From IMG/VR virus record IMGVR_UViG_3300033405_000003: a stretch of DNA of 64,000 nt; one strand, 5' to 3'. Of this stretch, positions 27,272 to 38,060 are shown piece by piece. Position 1 is the stretch's first letter, and every line of letters begins with the position of its first letter. Source of the DNA: a virus (taxonomy: Duplodnaviria > Caudoviricetes). The notes below the pieces were generated by a model. That model was not told the DNA's origin. It did no database searches and worked only from the letters and a program-made list of their open reading frames with translations. Made by a program: the position numbers and the translations under genes.

Positions 27272-28062
27272 GCGAGGACAGGAGCGAGGAACTGGTGGTG
27301 CCGCCGTTCGTGCAGATCATCACGGCGGCGTCGCACGCGTTCGGCCGGGCGGCGGACGAGTACGCCATGACGGACGTGCTCTACGGGCTCGACCAGAAAG
27401 GGCGCGTATGGCAATGGATGATCGGGGACCCCGACTGGAAGGGCTCCGAGGACGGCTGGGAGCTTCTCCCGAACACCGTCTACAAGGAGGGCGAAGAGCC
27501 CCCGCCGAAGCCGAGGACCCGGTGAGCGAGTACTTCAAGATCTCGTGCAGCGAGGACGGCGACGTCAGCGTGCACGCGTACACGAAGGAGGAGCTTGTGG
27601 CCGAGCTTGGCCGGAGGACGGAACTCGGCGAGCCGGCGCCGAAGTTCTGCGCGGCGATCCCGGGCAGCGACCCGCAGTACTGGGACGGCAAGAGCGTCGT
27701 CATCAAGGGCGAGATCGTCGTCCCGGCCGCGCGCCGCGTGGTCGAGAGCTGGGAGCTGCCGTGAGCAAGCCGAAGATCACGAAGCGCGAGATCGAGGACG
27801 CGGTCGTCTGGCTCCTCACGCACAAGCAGAAAGAAGTGAAGGACGTGCTCCGGAAATTCCGGAAGCTCGCGCCGAACAAGCAGCGCATGCTCGACAAGAG
27901 GCTCGTCTACCTCGTGTCGATCCTCGACCACTCGCTCAAAGGCAAGCGGGCGCGGACGCGCTGCAAGACCTGCGGCCACCCGATGCACGTGAAATGGTTC
28001 GGCTGCCCGAACCCGATCCCCGACGCCGGCCACGCGGCGGAAGCGAAGGCGCGGAGCAAGAG

Positions 28063-28632
28063 ATGAGGCCGCTCACCCTCATCGCCGCGATGACGCCGGC
28101 CGGCGTGATCGGCAAGGACGGCAAGATCCCCTGGCACCTGCCCGAGGACCTGAGGCGGTTCAAGCGGCTCACGACGGGCCACGCGATCGTGATGGGCCGA
28201 AAGACCCACGAGTCGATCGGCAAACCGCTGCCGAACCGGGCCAACATCGTGATCTCGCGCACCTTGGCTTTCGCGGAGAAGCCCGCCTCCGGCGCGGACG
28301 ACGGCGGCGTCCGCATCATGGCACCGGCGACGGGGATCGTGATCTGCCGGTCCTTCGAGGACGCGCTCGAGACGGCCTACCGCATCGACGAGTCGCCGTT
28401 CGTCGTCGGCGGGGCCGAGATCTACGCGCTCGCGCTGCCGCTCGCGACGAAGCTCGAGATCACGTACGTCGTGAACGACAGCGAGAAGGCGCTCGCGTTC
28501 GGCGGCGAGGGGCTGGTCTTTTTCCCGGGCCTCCACCCGAACCCCTGGGTCTGGCGCTGCGTGCACGCGGAGCCGGCGGCCGAGTCGCCCAACGTCGAGT
28601 TCATGACGTTCGAGCGGAGGACGCAGCCGTGA
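28063..28632 (+). CDS. folA: Dihydrofolate reductase
   Basis: LIAAM...VIGKDGKIPWHLPEDLRRFKRLTTGHAIVMGRKTHESIGKPLPNRANIVISR; GGAEIY. Confidence 0.95.
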   Translation: MRPLTLIAAMTPAGVIGKDGKIPWHLPEDLRRFKRLTTGHAIVMGRKTHESIGKPLPNRANIVISRTLAFAEKPASGADDGGVRIMAPATGIVICRSFEDALETAYRIDESPFVVGGAEIYALALPLATKLEITYVVNDSEKALAFGGEGLVFFPGLHPNPWVWRCVHAEPAAESPNVEFMTFERRTQP

Positions 28633-29452
28633 GCCAGAACCACGAGGGCTACGAGCAGGCGATGCGGGACGTCTTCTCGATCCTCGACGCCCACCGCGCG
28701 CTCGGCGGAAAAACCCGGCAGAACGAGGACAGCCTCGAAGCGATCCGCATCGCGCTAGAGACGCTCCGCGCGACGAACCTCCGGCGCGCCGGAGAGAGGG
28801 AGGCCGCCGATGGGCGTCGTGAGTGAAGACAGCGACTTCGCCAAGGGCGGCGAGCCGTTCGACGTGGGCCGGATGACGTGCATCCGGACGACGGCGAAGG
28901 CCATCCTCGTGGAGGGCAAGCTCCGCGACGGCAGGGTCGGGCAAGTGTGGGCGCCGAAGAGCGTGCTCCACAAGAAGAACAAGCTCAAGAAGAAGGGCGA
29001 CGTCGGCCGTTTCGTCGTCATGACGTGGTGGGGCGAGAAGAATCTATGAAGTGCTGTCACGGAACCGCGGGCTGCCCCGGCGCGGGCGAGAAGCATCACT
29101 GCGAGTCCACGATGGCCGCCCTGAGGAAGCCCGCGAAGAAGCGCGCGCGACCCCGGGGCAAGAGGGCGCTCGAGAAGGAGCAAGCCTCGCTCGCGAAGGC
29201 GCGCGCGCTCTCGGACAGGTTCACGCACGTCCTGAAGAAGCACGCGGGCGAGGGGAAGATGGAGCACCTCGACTCCGAGGCGATGCTCGCGCTCGTCGGC
29301 GCCGGCCTCGCCTCGTTCGCCCCGAGCACGCGGTTCGTGCTCCGCGAGGGCGAGGAGCCGGTCGAGTTCACGCGCGCCGAGGTCCAGCGCGCGGGCGAAA
29401 ACCTCATCACCGACTGGATGCTCGGCGTCTTCGGGAAAGCGTTCGAGAAGCG

Positions 29453-29875
29453 ATGAGCAACGACAGCCCGACGAAGCTGAAGACCTCGTCGCTCTACGGC
29501 GAGATGGGCAAGCTCGTCATGTACATCGTGATCCCGAAGACCCTCAAAATGGGCATCGGGAAAGTCGGCGCGACGTGCGGCCATGCCGCGCAGCTCCTGA
29601 TGCAAGAGTACCGGCGCAGGTTCGACCGGCGCGAGGGCAGCGACTACGACGATTGCCAGACGATACTCGCGTGGCTCGACTCCGATTACGGCAAGATCGT
29701 GCTCGGTGCCAACGATGCGGAGTTCGGCGAAGTCCGCAAGCTGCCAAACATCGTCACGGTGGTAGACATCGGGCTCAAACAAGTCGCGCCTGGTTCGGTG
29801 ACGGCCGTCGGCCTCTGGCCGACGTTTAAGAGCGCCGCGCCCGACATCATCAAAGGGCTAGAGCCGCTCCGATGA
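29453..29875 (+). CDS. pth2: Peptidyl-tRNA hydrolase, Pth2 family
   Basis: MYIVI..LKMGIGKVGATCGHAA, KIVL, VVDIGLKQVAPGSVTAVGLWP. Confidence 0.85.
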   Translation: MSNDSPTKLKTSSLYGEMGKLVMYIVIPKTLKMGIGKVGATCGHAAQLLMQEYRRRFDRREGSDYDDCQTILAWLDSDYGKIVLGANDAEFGEVRKLPNIVTVVDIGLKQVAPGSVTAVGLWPTFKSAAPDIIKGLEPLR

Positions 29876-30429
29876 AGGTCGTGTTCCTCGACTTCGACGG
29901 CGTGCTCAACTCGCACCGCTTCATGCTGGAGGAGCGGCTGCAGGGCAGGACCGGCGTCGCCGGGCTCGACCCGAAGGCCATCGCGCACGTGAACCACATC
30001 TGCGGCAGGACCGACGCCGTGATCGTGGTCTCGTCATCCTGGCGCTACGGCCACACGCTCGGCGAGCTGAAGGATCTGCTCCGCGCGGCCGGATGCACCG
30101 CGGTCGTGCGGGACGCGACGCCGCTGCCGCACGAGATCGCGAACGGCAAGCTCGCGACCGCGTTCGCCGAGCAGGGCATGAGCCTGAGCGAGGAGGAGGC
30201 CAAGAACGTGCTCATCGTCGCGAAGGGCCGAGGCCACGAGATCGACGCGTGGCTGAGGGCGTGGAGCGAGCTGGTCGACATCGAGTCGTTCGTCGTGCTC
30301 GACGACGACTCCGACATCGCGCCGCACGAGGACCGCCACGTGAAGACCGCGTTCCACTCGGGGCTCACGAGCGAGCATGTGCCGTTCGCGCTCGAGATCC
30401 TCGGGCGCCCGTGGAGGTCTCCGTGGTGA
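29872..30429 (+). CDS. HAD-superfamily protein (Swiss Army knife RNA-repair-like HAD)
   Basis: VFLDFDGVLNS, VVSSSWR, RGHEIDAWL, FVVLDDD. Confidence 0.85.
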   Translation: MKVVFLDFDGVLNSHRFMLEERLQGRTGVAGLDPKAIAHVNHICGRTDAVIVVSSSWRYGHTLGELKDLLRAAGCTAVVRDATPLPHEIANGKLATAFAEQGMSLSEEEAKNVLIVAKGRGHEIDAWLRAWSELVDIESFVVLDDDSDIAPHEDRHVKTAFHSGLTSEHVPFALEILGRPWRSPW

Positions 30430-31267
30430 CGATCAGGTGCGCGCGGTGCGGGGCTGACTACGCAGCCGCTACCCCCGACCTCGCGCACAACTTCGCGGGC
30501 TGCCTCGACGAACTCACCCGCGAGCGCGACGAGCTTCGCGCCTACCTCGCGAGCGAGGGCCCCGAGCACCTCCGCGCGGAGAACAAGAGCCTCCGGAGCG
30601 CGCTCGCGCGCTCGGAGAACGAGAAGGCCATCGCGCTCGACAGCCTGTCCCGGGTGCAGGCCCGCTGCACGGAGCTTCTCGAGGAGGTGCGAGCGCTGAA
30701 GGGACCGCGGGCGCCGGGATGAAGGCTTTCCTGCAAAAAGAAGCGCTCGGGATCGTCCTCGCCGTTTTCTTGGCCGTCGTCGTGGCGTGGATTATCATCT
30801 TCGCACCGAGTCTCAAATAGGTTGGGGCGCGGGCAAAAGAAGAAAGAGGTCGGGGCCATGCTTTTCCGCGTGTCGTTCGAGAACAAAACCGACGAGGTGG
30901 TGGATGCGATGTTCCCGAGCGTTGCGGCGCGGGAGGCCGCGGAGCGGCTCGACCTCACCGGGGACAGGACGTGCCGCGTCGTCGGGCCGGACGGCGACGC
31001 GACCCACTGGCGCGTGACCCTGCTCAAGACGTGGTACGCGCGGAGTTTCCTCAATGGGTGAGAAATGATAACCATTGAGCGCCGCTGCCCTCACTGCGCG
31101 GTCCACACGCGGGCCATGGTGATGCTCGTGATCGCCGGGGCCGTCCGGCCGCGGACGTGGGTCTTGTGCCCCGAGTGCGACGAGGTCGGGTTCACGATCG
31201 ACGACGAGCCGGCGGCCGGGCGAAGGCTCGAGGTCGTGGAGGGCGGGCTGAAGGAAGGGTGCGGGTG

Positions 31268-32131
31268 ATGACGCTGCCGAGCTTCTGCAAGTCGTGCGGG
31301 GAACGCCTCGGGGCGATGGACCGCGACTACTGCCCGGCGCCGCGCTGCCAGGAGCGCGCGCGGGCGGACGCGATGCGGGCGCGCAGGCCGCGCATCCTCG
31401 ACGACTTCGAGTACGACGCGGGCGGCATGCCCAAGGAGCGCCTGCTCGCGCTCCTGGCGGAGGACGCCAAGAAGTACGGTTGCGACCCCTCCGGTGAGGC
31501 TGTGAGCGACCTCGGGCACATGACCGACTTCGTCCTCCTCACCGAGAAGGTGAAGAAGCACCCGTGGGACGACTGCGCGAAGTTCCTCGCGGAGCGCGAG
31601 GAGATCAAGCGGAAGATCGAGGGGGCGAGGAGGAAGGCTCGGGCCGAGACCCGCAGCAAGTCGATTCCCTTCGCCGGCGGGCGTTTCGAGAGTGCCCCGA
31701 TCGCGGCGCGCTCACGCCCTTACTCGACTTTCGGGGGGTCGTACGAGGGAACGGTCCCTGACCGCTACGGCCTGGACGCCCGGCCACCGCAAGCGGTGTT
31801 CGAGGACGCGATCAAGTTCGGTCCCGTGGTGATTGACTCCGACGAGACGAGGGTCTTCCAAGCAGCGCCGCAGGCGTACTTCCAGGGGACGCACCTCCTC
31901 GTCAGCCCGAGAATCGCGCCGGTGTTCGTGCTCTGCGACCTCCGCGTCGGCACCATGAGTCAGTTCAGCTTTGGCCCGATCCCGATGACGGCGTTCACGG
32001 AGTACGCCGTCGGCATCACGCTCGGGATCGATGCGGTGACCCCGGGCATCCTCCTTACGTTGATGGTGCGGAACATCTCGCCGTCGCCGAGCACGTTCGA
32101 GGCTTTCCTCAGGGGAAAGGTCATGCGATGA
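31268..32131 (+). CDS. Two-part hypothetical protein: zinc-finger-like N-terminus, beta-sandwich-like C-terminus
   Basis: CKSCG...C; C-terminal alternating hydrophobic strands. Confidence 0.6.
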   Translation: MTLPSFCKSCGERLGAMDRDYCPAPRCQERARADAMRARRPRILDDFEYDAGGMPKERLLALLAEDAKKYGCDPSGEAVSDLGHMTDFVLLTEKVKKHPWDDCAKFLAEREEIKRKIEGARRKARAETRSKSIPFAGGRFESAPIAARSRPYSTFGGSYEGTVPDRYGLDARPPQAVFEDAIKFGPVVIDSDETRVFQAAPQAYFQGTHLLVSPRIAPVFVLCDLRVGTMSQFSFGPIPMTAFTEYAVGITLGIDAVTPGILLTLMVRNISPSPSTFEAFLRGKVMR

Positions 32132-32769
32132 GGCTCGTCACCGCCACGCCGAACGCGCTCTACTGCGACACCGACCAGGTGCTCACGCCGGTAGCTTGCG
32201 CGCTGCTCAAGTCGAGCGGCATCCGCGGCGTCTGGCGCTACCTCTCGGGCCTCTCGCCGACCGAGCGCGACGCCATCCTCACGAGCGGGCTCGAGCTGTA
32301 TTTCGTGAACTACGCCCACGCCGCGGGCTGGACGCCGTCGGCGGCCGGCGGCCTCGCGGACGCGGAGCGCGACCTCGCGCGGCTCGAGGCGCTCGCGATC
32401 CCGGTCGGCGTGCACTGCGTTTTCGACCTCGAAGGCCCGGGCGGCACGGAGAGCGAGGTCGTGGCGCACGTGAGCACGCACGGCCACACGATGTGGGGGG
32501 CGAAGTACCTGCCGGCCCTCTACGTCGGGGAGGGCTCGATGCTGACGAGCGCGACGCTCTACGCCCTGCCCTCGATGCTTTACTGGCACTCGTGCTCCCA
32601 GCTCCGCGACGGGCCGAGCGGGCTCGAGCCCCTCTGCGGCTACGCGGTCCAGCAGGGCCGGCCGTTCGAGGTCGTGCTCGACGACGGCGCGGGCACCAAG
32701 GTCACGATCGACTACGACTACGTGGACGAGGACTTCAAGGGCAGACTGCCCATCGGGGTCGCTGCATGA
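32128..32769 (+). CDS. DUF1906/Rv2525c-like glycoside hydrolase (putative peptidoglycan hydrolase)
   Basis: D...GIRGVWRYL...LSPTE...G-x-ADA...VFDLEG...LYVG pattern. Confidence 0.65.
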   Translation: MRLVTATPNALYCDTDQVLTPVACALLKSSGIRGVWRYLSGLSPTERDAILTSGLELYFVNYAHAAGWTPSAAGGLADAERDLARLEALAIPVGVHCVFDLEGPGGTESEVVAHVSTHGHTMWGAKYLPALYVGEGSMLTSATLYALPSMLYWHSCSQLRDGPSGLEPLCGYAVQQGRPFEVVLDDGAGTKVTIDYDYVDEDFKGRLPIGVAA

Positions 32770-33084
32770 ATGCCGTCATATTGCCGTTGACGATCCGGCG
32801 CCGCGTGGACTACGTTTGCCATTCGCGATGGCGCCCCCCAAGCACACCGTCGAGGGCCGCACGATGACCTTCGACGAGCGCAACAAGATCCACGGCGCGA
32901 TCGAGCGCCACGCGGAGCGCGCGGGGCTCGAGGCCGAGACCGGCGGCGGGTTCCTGAAGACCATCGGCGACGTCGAGGATGAGGACGACCACTGGGCCGT
33001 CCCCGTCATCATCCGGATCCCGAAGCGGTTCGTCCGCGGCGACTAGGCGCTGAAAACAACAAGAGAGAGAAAGAGAGAGCACCC

Positions 33085-33360
33085 ATGGCATCGGAGCTGA
33101 TCCACGAAGCGATGACGACGCCGTTCGACGGCAAGCACTGGATGGCGATCACCGACGAGACCGGCGACACCAAGATCATGTGGTCGAAGGACAATGAGGA
33201 GGAGATCGAGAACGCCCGCCGCAACTTCAACGACATGAAGAAGAGGGGCTACACGGCCTTCCGCGTCGTCGGCAAGGCGGGCGAGCCCGGCGAGCAGATG
33301 AAGGAGTTCGACCCCGACGCCGAGCGCATCATCTTCACGAAGCCCCAAGCGGGCGGCTGA
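33085..33360 (+). CDS. Small protein with C-terminal Gly-Gly
   Basis: DETGDTKIMW...ARRNF...GYTAF...FDPDAERIIFTKPQAGG-stop. Confidence 0.8.
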   Translation: MASELIHEAMTTPFDGKHWMAITDETGDTKIMWSKDNEEEIENARRNFNDMKKRGYTAFRVVGKAGEPGEQMKEFDPDAERIIFTKPQAGG

Positions 33361-33362
33361 TC

Positions 33363-34878
33363 ATGCCCCTCGTCGGCGGCCAGGTGGCAGAGCCCATTCA
33401 CGGCGCGCAGCCGATCAACGCCGGCGCCGGCGTCGGCTACCAGTGGATTGAGGTTGACGGCGGGACCGGCTACGGGCAGGCGCTCATCATCGCCCAGACG
33501 ATCACGACGAGCGCGGCGAGCACGACGACGAACATCATCACCATGGAGGCCCAAGGCATGAACGCGGACGCCTGGAGAGAATGGAACGCGGTCTACACGC
33601 TCACGGGCGGGACCGGCTGCAACCACTGCGTGACCAAGTACGAGGCCACCGGCTGGCCGTTCAACGTCACGTATATCACCGCTGGGGGCTGAATCTCAGC
33701 AAGGCGGTCTCGGAGTTCTGTGGAGAAGGCTTGAAGCTTCGTGAGCCGCGCGAGACGAAAGACGAGGGTGCGCCGCAGTGAGAATTGAGCAGAAAGGAGA
33801 TTGGATGGACGTCAAGATCGATCAGGGTGAGATTGAGCAGGCCGTGATGATGTGGCTCGAGAACAAGCACGGCATCTCCATCACGAAGGTGAGCGAGGGT
33901 GCCCACGGTGGTTCGAAGGCTCAATGGATGGCCATGCACAGCGGTGCGACGGTCGGAATCGGTGCGGTCACGGTCACGTTCACGAACGTGCGCGGCGCGC
34001 CGCTAGCCGGCCCCTACAGAACACCCAGTACCACATGACTACGTGCCCGAATTGTACTTTTAGTCACGTGGCCACTTGCGCGTGGTGCCGCCCGCTGAGC
34101 GACCAAGTTACGACCCGGGGCCCTTTCCCGAGATGCCCGTGGGCAGGGGATGGCGGCGCGAGATCGCCGAGCCGTTCGTGAAGAAGATCGGTTGGGCGCC
34201 GAGCGGCATAAAGTTCGGAAGCGGCCCTCTCGTCGATGGCCCGGAGGGGATGGTGCGGATGGCAGGGGAGAGGGCGCGCAAGGATACGGGACGGCTGCCA
34301 CGATCAACCACTTCGCGTGGAACGTGTGGAACGACCGCTACGAGCGCATCCACGAGGCGGGCGCGCGCGCCGCCGAGATCCAGCGCTACTCGCGCCGCAA
34401 GCTCTCCGAGGCCGAGCTTCTCGCGGCCCTCGAGCAGGAGAAGAAGGCGCGCGAGGAGGCGGAGAAGCGCGCGGCAGCGGCCCTTGCCGCGGAGAAGCGT
34501 GCGGAGGACCTCCTCCGGCTCTGCCTCTCGCCGCAGCAGATCGAGGACCTCGAGAAGAAGAAGTGCTTCTACGTCGAGATCGAGGGCAAGGCCGGCAAGA
34601 AGGAGCGCTACCGTATCGACCGCGGGAGCCATGGCAACGTCAAGCAGATCGACGAGCGGGGATCCATCATCCGCTCGTTCTGCATCCAGCCGTCGGGCGT
34701 GCCGGCCGGCGACATCCTCCTCACGCAGAAGCTCTGGCTCGAGGCGAGCGAGGAGACGCGCGAGGAGTTCTGGGCGACGGCGAACATCACGACGCTGATG
34801 CGCGAGAAAGACATCCCGCACACGGTGCCGCGCAAGGAGCGGCGGCGCTACGCCGAGGCCCACGGCCTGCTCCACTGA
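33363..34878 (+). pseudogene. Partner gene of the GG protein, apparently split by a ~600-bp insert
   Basis: 5' part has AWREWN; 3' part resumes near 34282 with AWNVWN, coiled coil and FCIQP..VPAGDILLTQKL, without its own SD/ATG. Confidence 0.55.
33778..34038 (+). CDS. Hypothetical protein inside the insert
   Basis: AGGAG SD before an internal ATG; atypical codon usage. Confidence 0.5.
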   Translation: MRIEQKGDWMDVKIDQGEIEQAVMMWLENKHGISITKVSEGAHGGSKAQWMAMHSGATVGIGAVTVTFTNVRGAPLAGPYRTPSTT

Positions 34879-34910
34879 CAATACACACGAGCGAAAGAGA
34901 GAACAGCGAA

Positions 34911-35492
34911 ATGGAGACGATCCGGTTCCAGTGCGATTTCTGCGGCATGAAGTCCGAAGAGGAATCAGTCGCATGGCGTAGACCTCGATGCTCCATCGAA
35001 CTTGTGATGCGGGGCAGCCGTTTTGCCACGGTCTCGGGCTCGCATCCACTCTACGGCCTGCCGCCCGGCGCGGGCGCGACGCCCGAGAGCGCCGAGGACG
35101 AGCGCTGGGCCGCGACGCTCTGCGATCGCTGCATGAAGCGCGTCGCGGCGCTCTTCGGCCTGAACCTCGAGACGCCCGAGGAGGCGCGCTGGCGCCAGAA
35201 CGAGTTCATGCGCCACGTGGCGTCGGAGGCCGCGCGCGCGAACGGCGCGTCGCCCGGGTCCGACATGCGCGGCGTGATGACGGACCAGTTCCCGACGCCG
35301 TCCGTGCCGGACGCGGTGGCGGTGGCGGCGCGCACGTCCCCGTCCGCCCCGGTGAGCGTCATCCAATACGAGACCCCACGGCGGGTCACGTCGCCGAAGG
35401 ACGGCGAGAGCGCGGAGAGCGACGCCGCGCCGGGGACGCTCGAGAAGAACAGCAAGGACAAGCCCGACGCCGACGCCGAAGCACCCGAGTAA
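34911..35492 (+). CDS. Hypothetical protein with CxxC pairs
   Basis: QCDFCG...LCDRC. Confidence 0.55.
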   Translation: METIRFQCDFCGMKSEEESVAWRRPRCSIELVMRGSRFATVSGSHPLYGLPPGAGATPESAEDERWAATLCDRCMKRVAALFGLNLETPEEARWRQNEFMRHVASEAARANGASPGSDMRGVMTDQFPTPSVPDAVAVAARTSPSAPVSVIQYETPRRVTSPKDGESAESDAAPGTLEKNSKDKPDADAEAPE

Positions 35493-35497
35493 GCCAG

Positions 35498-35983
35498 ATG
35501 AGCGACGAGGCGGACTTCCACGTCGAGATCCCTGCCCCGGCGACGCACTGCGCGGGGTGCGGCGCCGAGTACCGCCACATCCAGGCGCCGCACAAGCCGG
35601 CTGGGGTCTCGATGATGATCGCCTGCGACTGCGTGCCCGTCGTGACGCGGGTGGGAAGCACGTCCATCACGCGTCTCGTGCCCCCCAAGCAGCTCGAGGA
35701 GGAGAAGAGGCGCGAGACCGCCATCGACAAGATGAAGAAGGCGCTGCCCTTCATGAGGCACGCGGTCAAGCTCGCGGCGGCGGACGGGGCGGTGCACTTC
35801 GGCATCCTCTCGGTGAGGCCCGACGGCTCGGGGACCGTGATGGCGAAGTTCGAGGCCGCGGAGTTCTTCGACGACCTCGCGCTCATCGTCGGGGCGCCAG
35901 AACAAACGAAGGACGACGAGATGAAAGCGGAGGCGGCCCGCATCCTCGACAATCTCGTCCCCGGGAGCGAAGGTCTAAAGTGA
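35498..35983 (+). CDS. Hypothetical protein
   Basis: Codon usage; CAGCG. Confidence 0.55.
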   Translation: MSDEADFHVEIPAPATHCAGCGAEYRHIQAPHKPAGVSMMIACDCVPVVTRVGSTSITRLVPPKQLEEEKRRETAIDKMKKALPFMRHAVKLAAADGAVHFGILSVRPDGSGTVMAKFEAAEFFDDLALIVGAPEQTKDDEMKAEAARILDNLVPGSEGLK

Positions 35984-35995
35984 GGACACAGATCG

Positions 35996-36790
35996 ATGGT
36001 TAGCGGCCTGCTGCTCCTCGCGCTGGCGGCGGCCCTCGCGATCCCCGCGGTCGTGCTCTGGCGCCGAGTCTTCGCGGGCGCCGCGATCCCCCACGAGCTG
36101 CGCGTGCCGGGGGCCGCGTCCGTCGACACCGCGGAGTGCCGGCTCGCGGTCCACGAGGCGGGGCACGCCGTCGCGGCGTGGTGCTGCACGCTGGTCTCCG
36201 AGGTCACAATCGCGACGATCGAGGCGAAGGACCGCGGCGCGGGATGGGACGGCGGCTTTGTGAACTACACCTACTACAGGACCTACTGGTCCTCGGGCGA
36301 CTGGTGCAAGATGGTCATCGCTCTCGCGGGCGTGGCAGCCGAGGCGCTCGTCTACTCGCGCTGGCGCTCGACGGGCTCCGAGCGCGACCTCCTCCAGGCG
36401 CTCGAGATCGCCGAGGGCCTGGTCGCCAAGGGCGCGGCCGAGCACATCCCGTGGCAGCGCCTCGGCGAGACGCCGGGCCGCGCGCCCGACCTCGGGAAGG
36501 CGTTCAAGACCAGGCCACCAGCCGCCGTCGCCGAGAACCTGAACGAAGGGTACCGGATGGCGCGGCACGTCCTCGGCTCCCACGGCGGGGCGTTCTTCAA
36601 GGTCGTCTCCATGCTACTTGCGAAGAAGAGCACGACGCGCGCCGACATGGAGCAGGTGCTCGGCAAGCGGCACTTCGAGCAGCTCGTCGCCCTCGGGGCG
36701 CAGCTCGAGAGCGTCGTGAACGAGTCGGGCAAGCCTGAGCACTTCAAGCCGAGGTTCGTGCTGCCGCTCCGCAGGAGGAAGGCCGCGTGA
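35996..36790 (+). CDS. Membrane-anchored M41 (FtsH-type) zinc peptidase domain without ATPase
   Basis: N-terminal TM; AVHEAGHAVAA; ALAGVAAE; GSERDL. Confidence 0.8.
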   Translation: MVSGLLLLALAAALAIPAVVLWRRVFAGAAIPHELRVPGAASVDTAECRLAVHEAGHAVAAWCCTLVSEVTIATIEAKDRGAGWDGGFVNYTYYRTYWSSGDWCKMVIALAGVAAEALVYSRWRSTGSERDLLQALEIAEGLVAKGAAEHIPWQRLGETPGRAPDLGKAFKTRPPAAVAENLNEGYRMARHVLGSHGGAFFKVVSMLLAKKSTTRADMEQVLGKRHFEQLVALGAQLESVVNESGKPEHFKPRFVLPLRRRKAA

Positions 36791-37658
36791 AGAAGCGCTC
36801 GAAGATCTGGCCGCTCACGAAGCGCGAGGCGGAGATGGTGAAGTCGCTGGAGAACGTGTTCTGGCTCGCCGCGGCGGTGCTCCTCGGGCTCGAGAGGCGG
36901 GACGAGCCGAACGCCCTCGAGAACGTGAAGAAGAGCCTGCTCGCGCTCCAGCGCGGCGTGAACAACCACTGCCGGCGCTTCGCCGGCGACGCGAACGCGA
37001 TGCGCGAGCTGAGGGGAGCGTACCAGACGCTGGGCCTCAGTCGCTCCCGGATGCGGAGCGCGGCGAGGGCGCTCGCAGCCAAAAAGAGGGTCGGGCCATG
37101 AACGACAGGTTCGCGAAGATCGGCGCGTTCGTCTTCGTCGTGGTCTTCGGGTTCGTCACGGCGGTCACGGCCACGACGTGCCACCGTGAGAACGCGCAAG
37201 CCCCTGCAGCCAAAGACCCGGGCCCGCTCCACGGCGAGAGCCCGATGTTCACCGTCGTGCCGATGAAGGTTTGCACGAGCGCCTTCGGGCCGTTCTGCGA
37301 CGAGTGGGAATGGTGCGGTAGCAGCGCGCCGAAGGTCTCGACGCCCCAGAAGCTCTGGAACGCCTACGCCGCCCAGGGGAAGGACGGGCCCGTGCTCGTC
37401 TGCGAATGGCGGGACAAGAAGGACGAGCGGTAGATGGTGGACTACGACGGCGCCCTCCTCGCGGCCAAACACCGCATGACGAAGGTCCTCTGCAGGGAGG
37501 GCGGCCCCGACCGCAGCGAGATCGCAACCGCGATCGACGAGCTGAATGCGGCTTGGGATGAACTCACGGACTGCCTCGTGCGCCAGGTCGAGGCGCGCGA
37601 CGCGGAGATACGGTCGCTGCTCAACAAGATCGCCGAGTTGAACAAGAAGAGGTGAACG

Positions 37659-38060
37659 ATGAACGCGCTTTACGGACTGTCGATAACCGCGAACAAGAAA
37701 GAGATCCTGGAGACCCTCAAGAAGAACCGCGAGGAGCACAAGACGATCGTCGCCGAGGCCCGGACGGCCTACGTCGACCAGGCGAAGAAGGTCGTCGAGA
37801 AGAAGCTCGCGGCGCTCCGCGAGGGCAAGGTCGTCGCGCTCACCTTCTCGCTCGCGGCGCCGCTCGACTACACGACGGTGTACGACACGGCCATCAACGC
37901 GCTCGAGCTTCACACGGGCGACACGATCGATCTCAGCGCGGATCAGGTCCGAAATCTCGTCAACGACACTTGGGACTGGACACACCAGTTCACGACGTCG
38001 AACTCGATGTACTCCGAGACGCTGAAGAAGAAGCTCATGAACTTCGACCCGGAGGACTGA
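37659..38060 (+). CDS. Conserved phage hypothetical protein
   Basis: LETLKKNREEH...YDTAINALE...WDW. Confidence 0.7.
   Translation: MNALYGLSITANKKEILETLKKNREEHKTIVAEARTAYVDQAKKVVEKKLAALREGKVVALTFSLAAPLDYTTVYDTAINALELHTGDTIDLSADQVRNLVNDTWDWTHQFTTSNSMYSETLKKKLMNFDPED

Noticed and set aside
29470-29510. Family B polymerase motif (KLKTSSLYGEMG)
   Set aside because: Only a dozen residues at the N-terminus of Pth2; no other polymerase motifs.
33363-33692. Second Gly-Gly-terminated modifier (ITAGG-stop)
   Set aside because: The terminal codons come from another frame of the inserted fragment, so probably coincidental.
34060-34076. GTCACGTGGCCAC as another early operator
   Set aside because: Partial match inside the foreign insert's reading frame, with no promoter.
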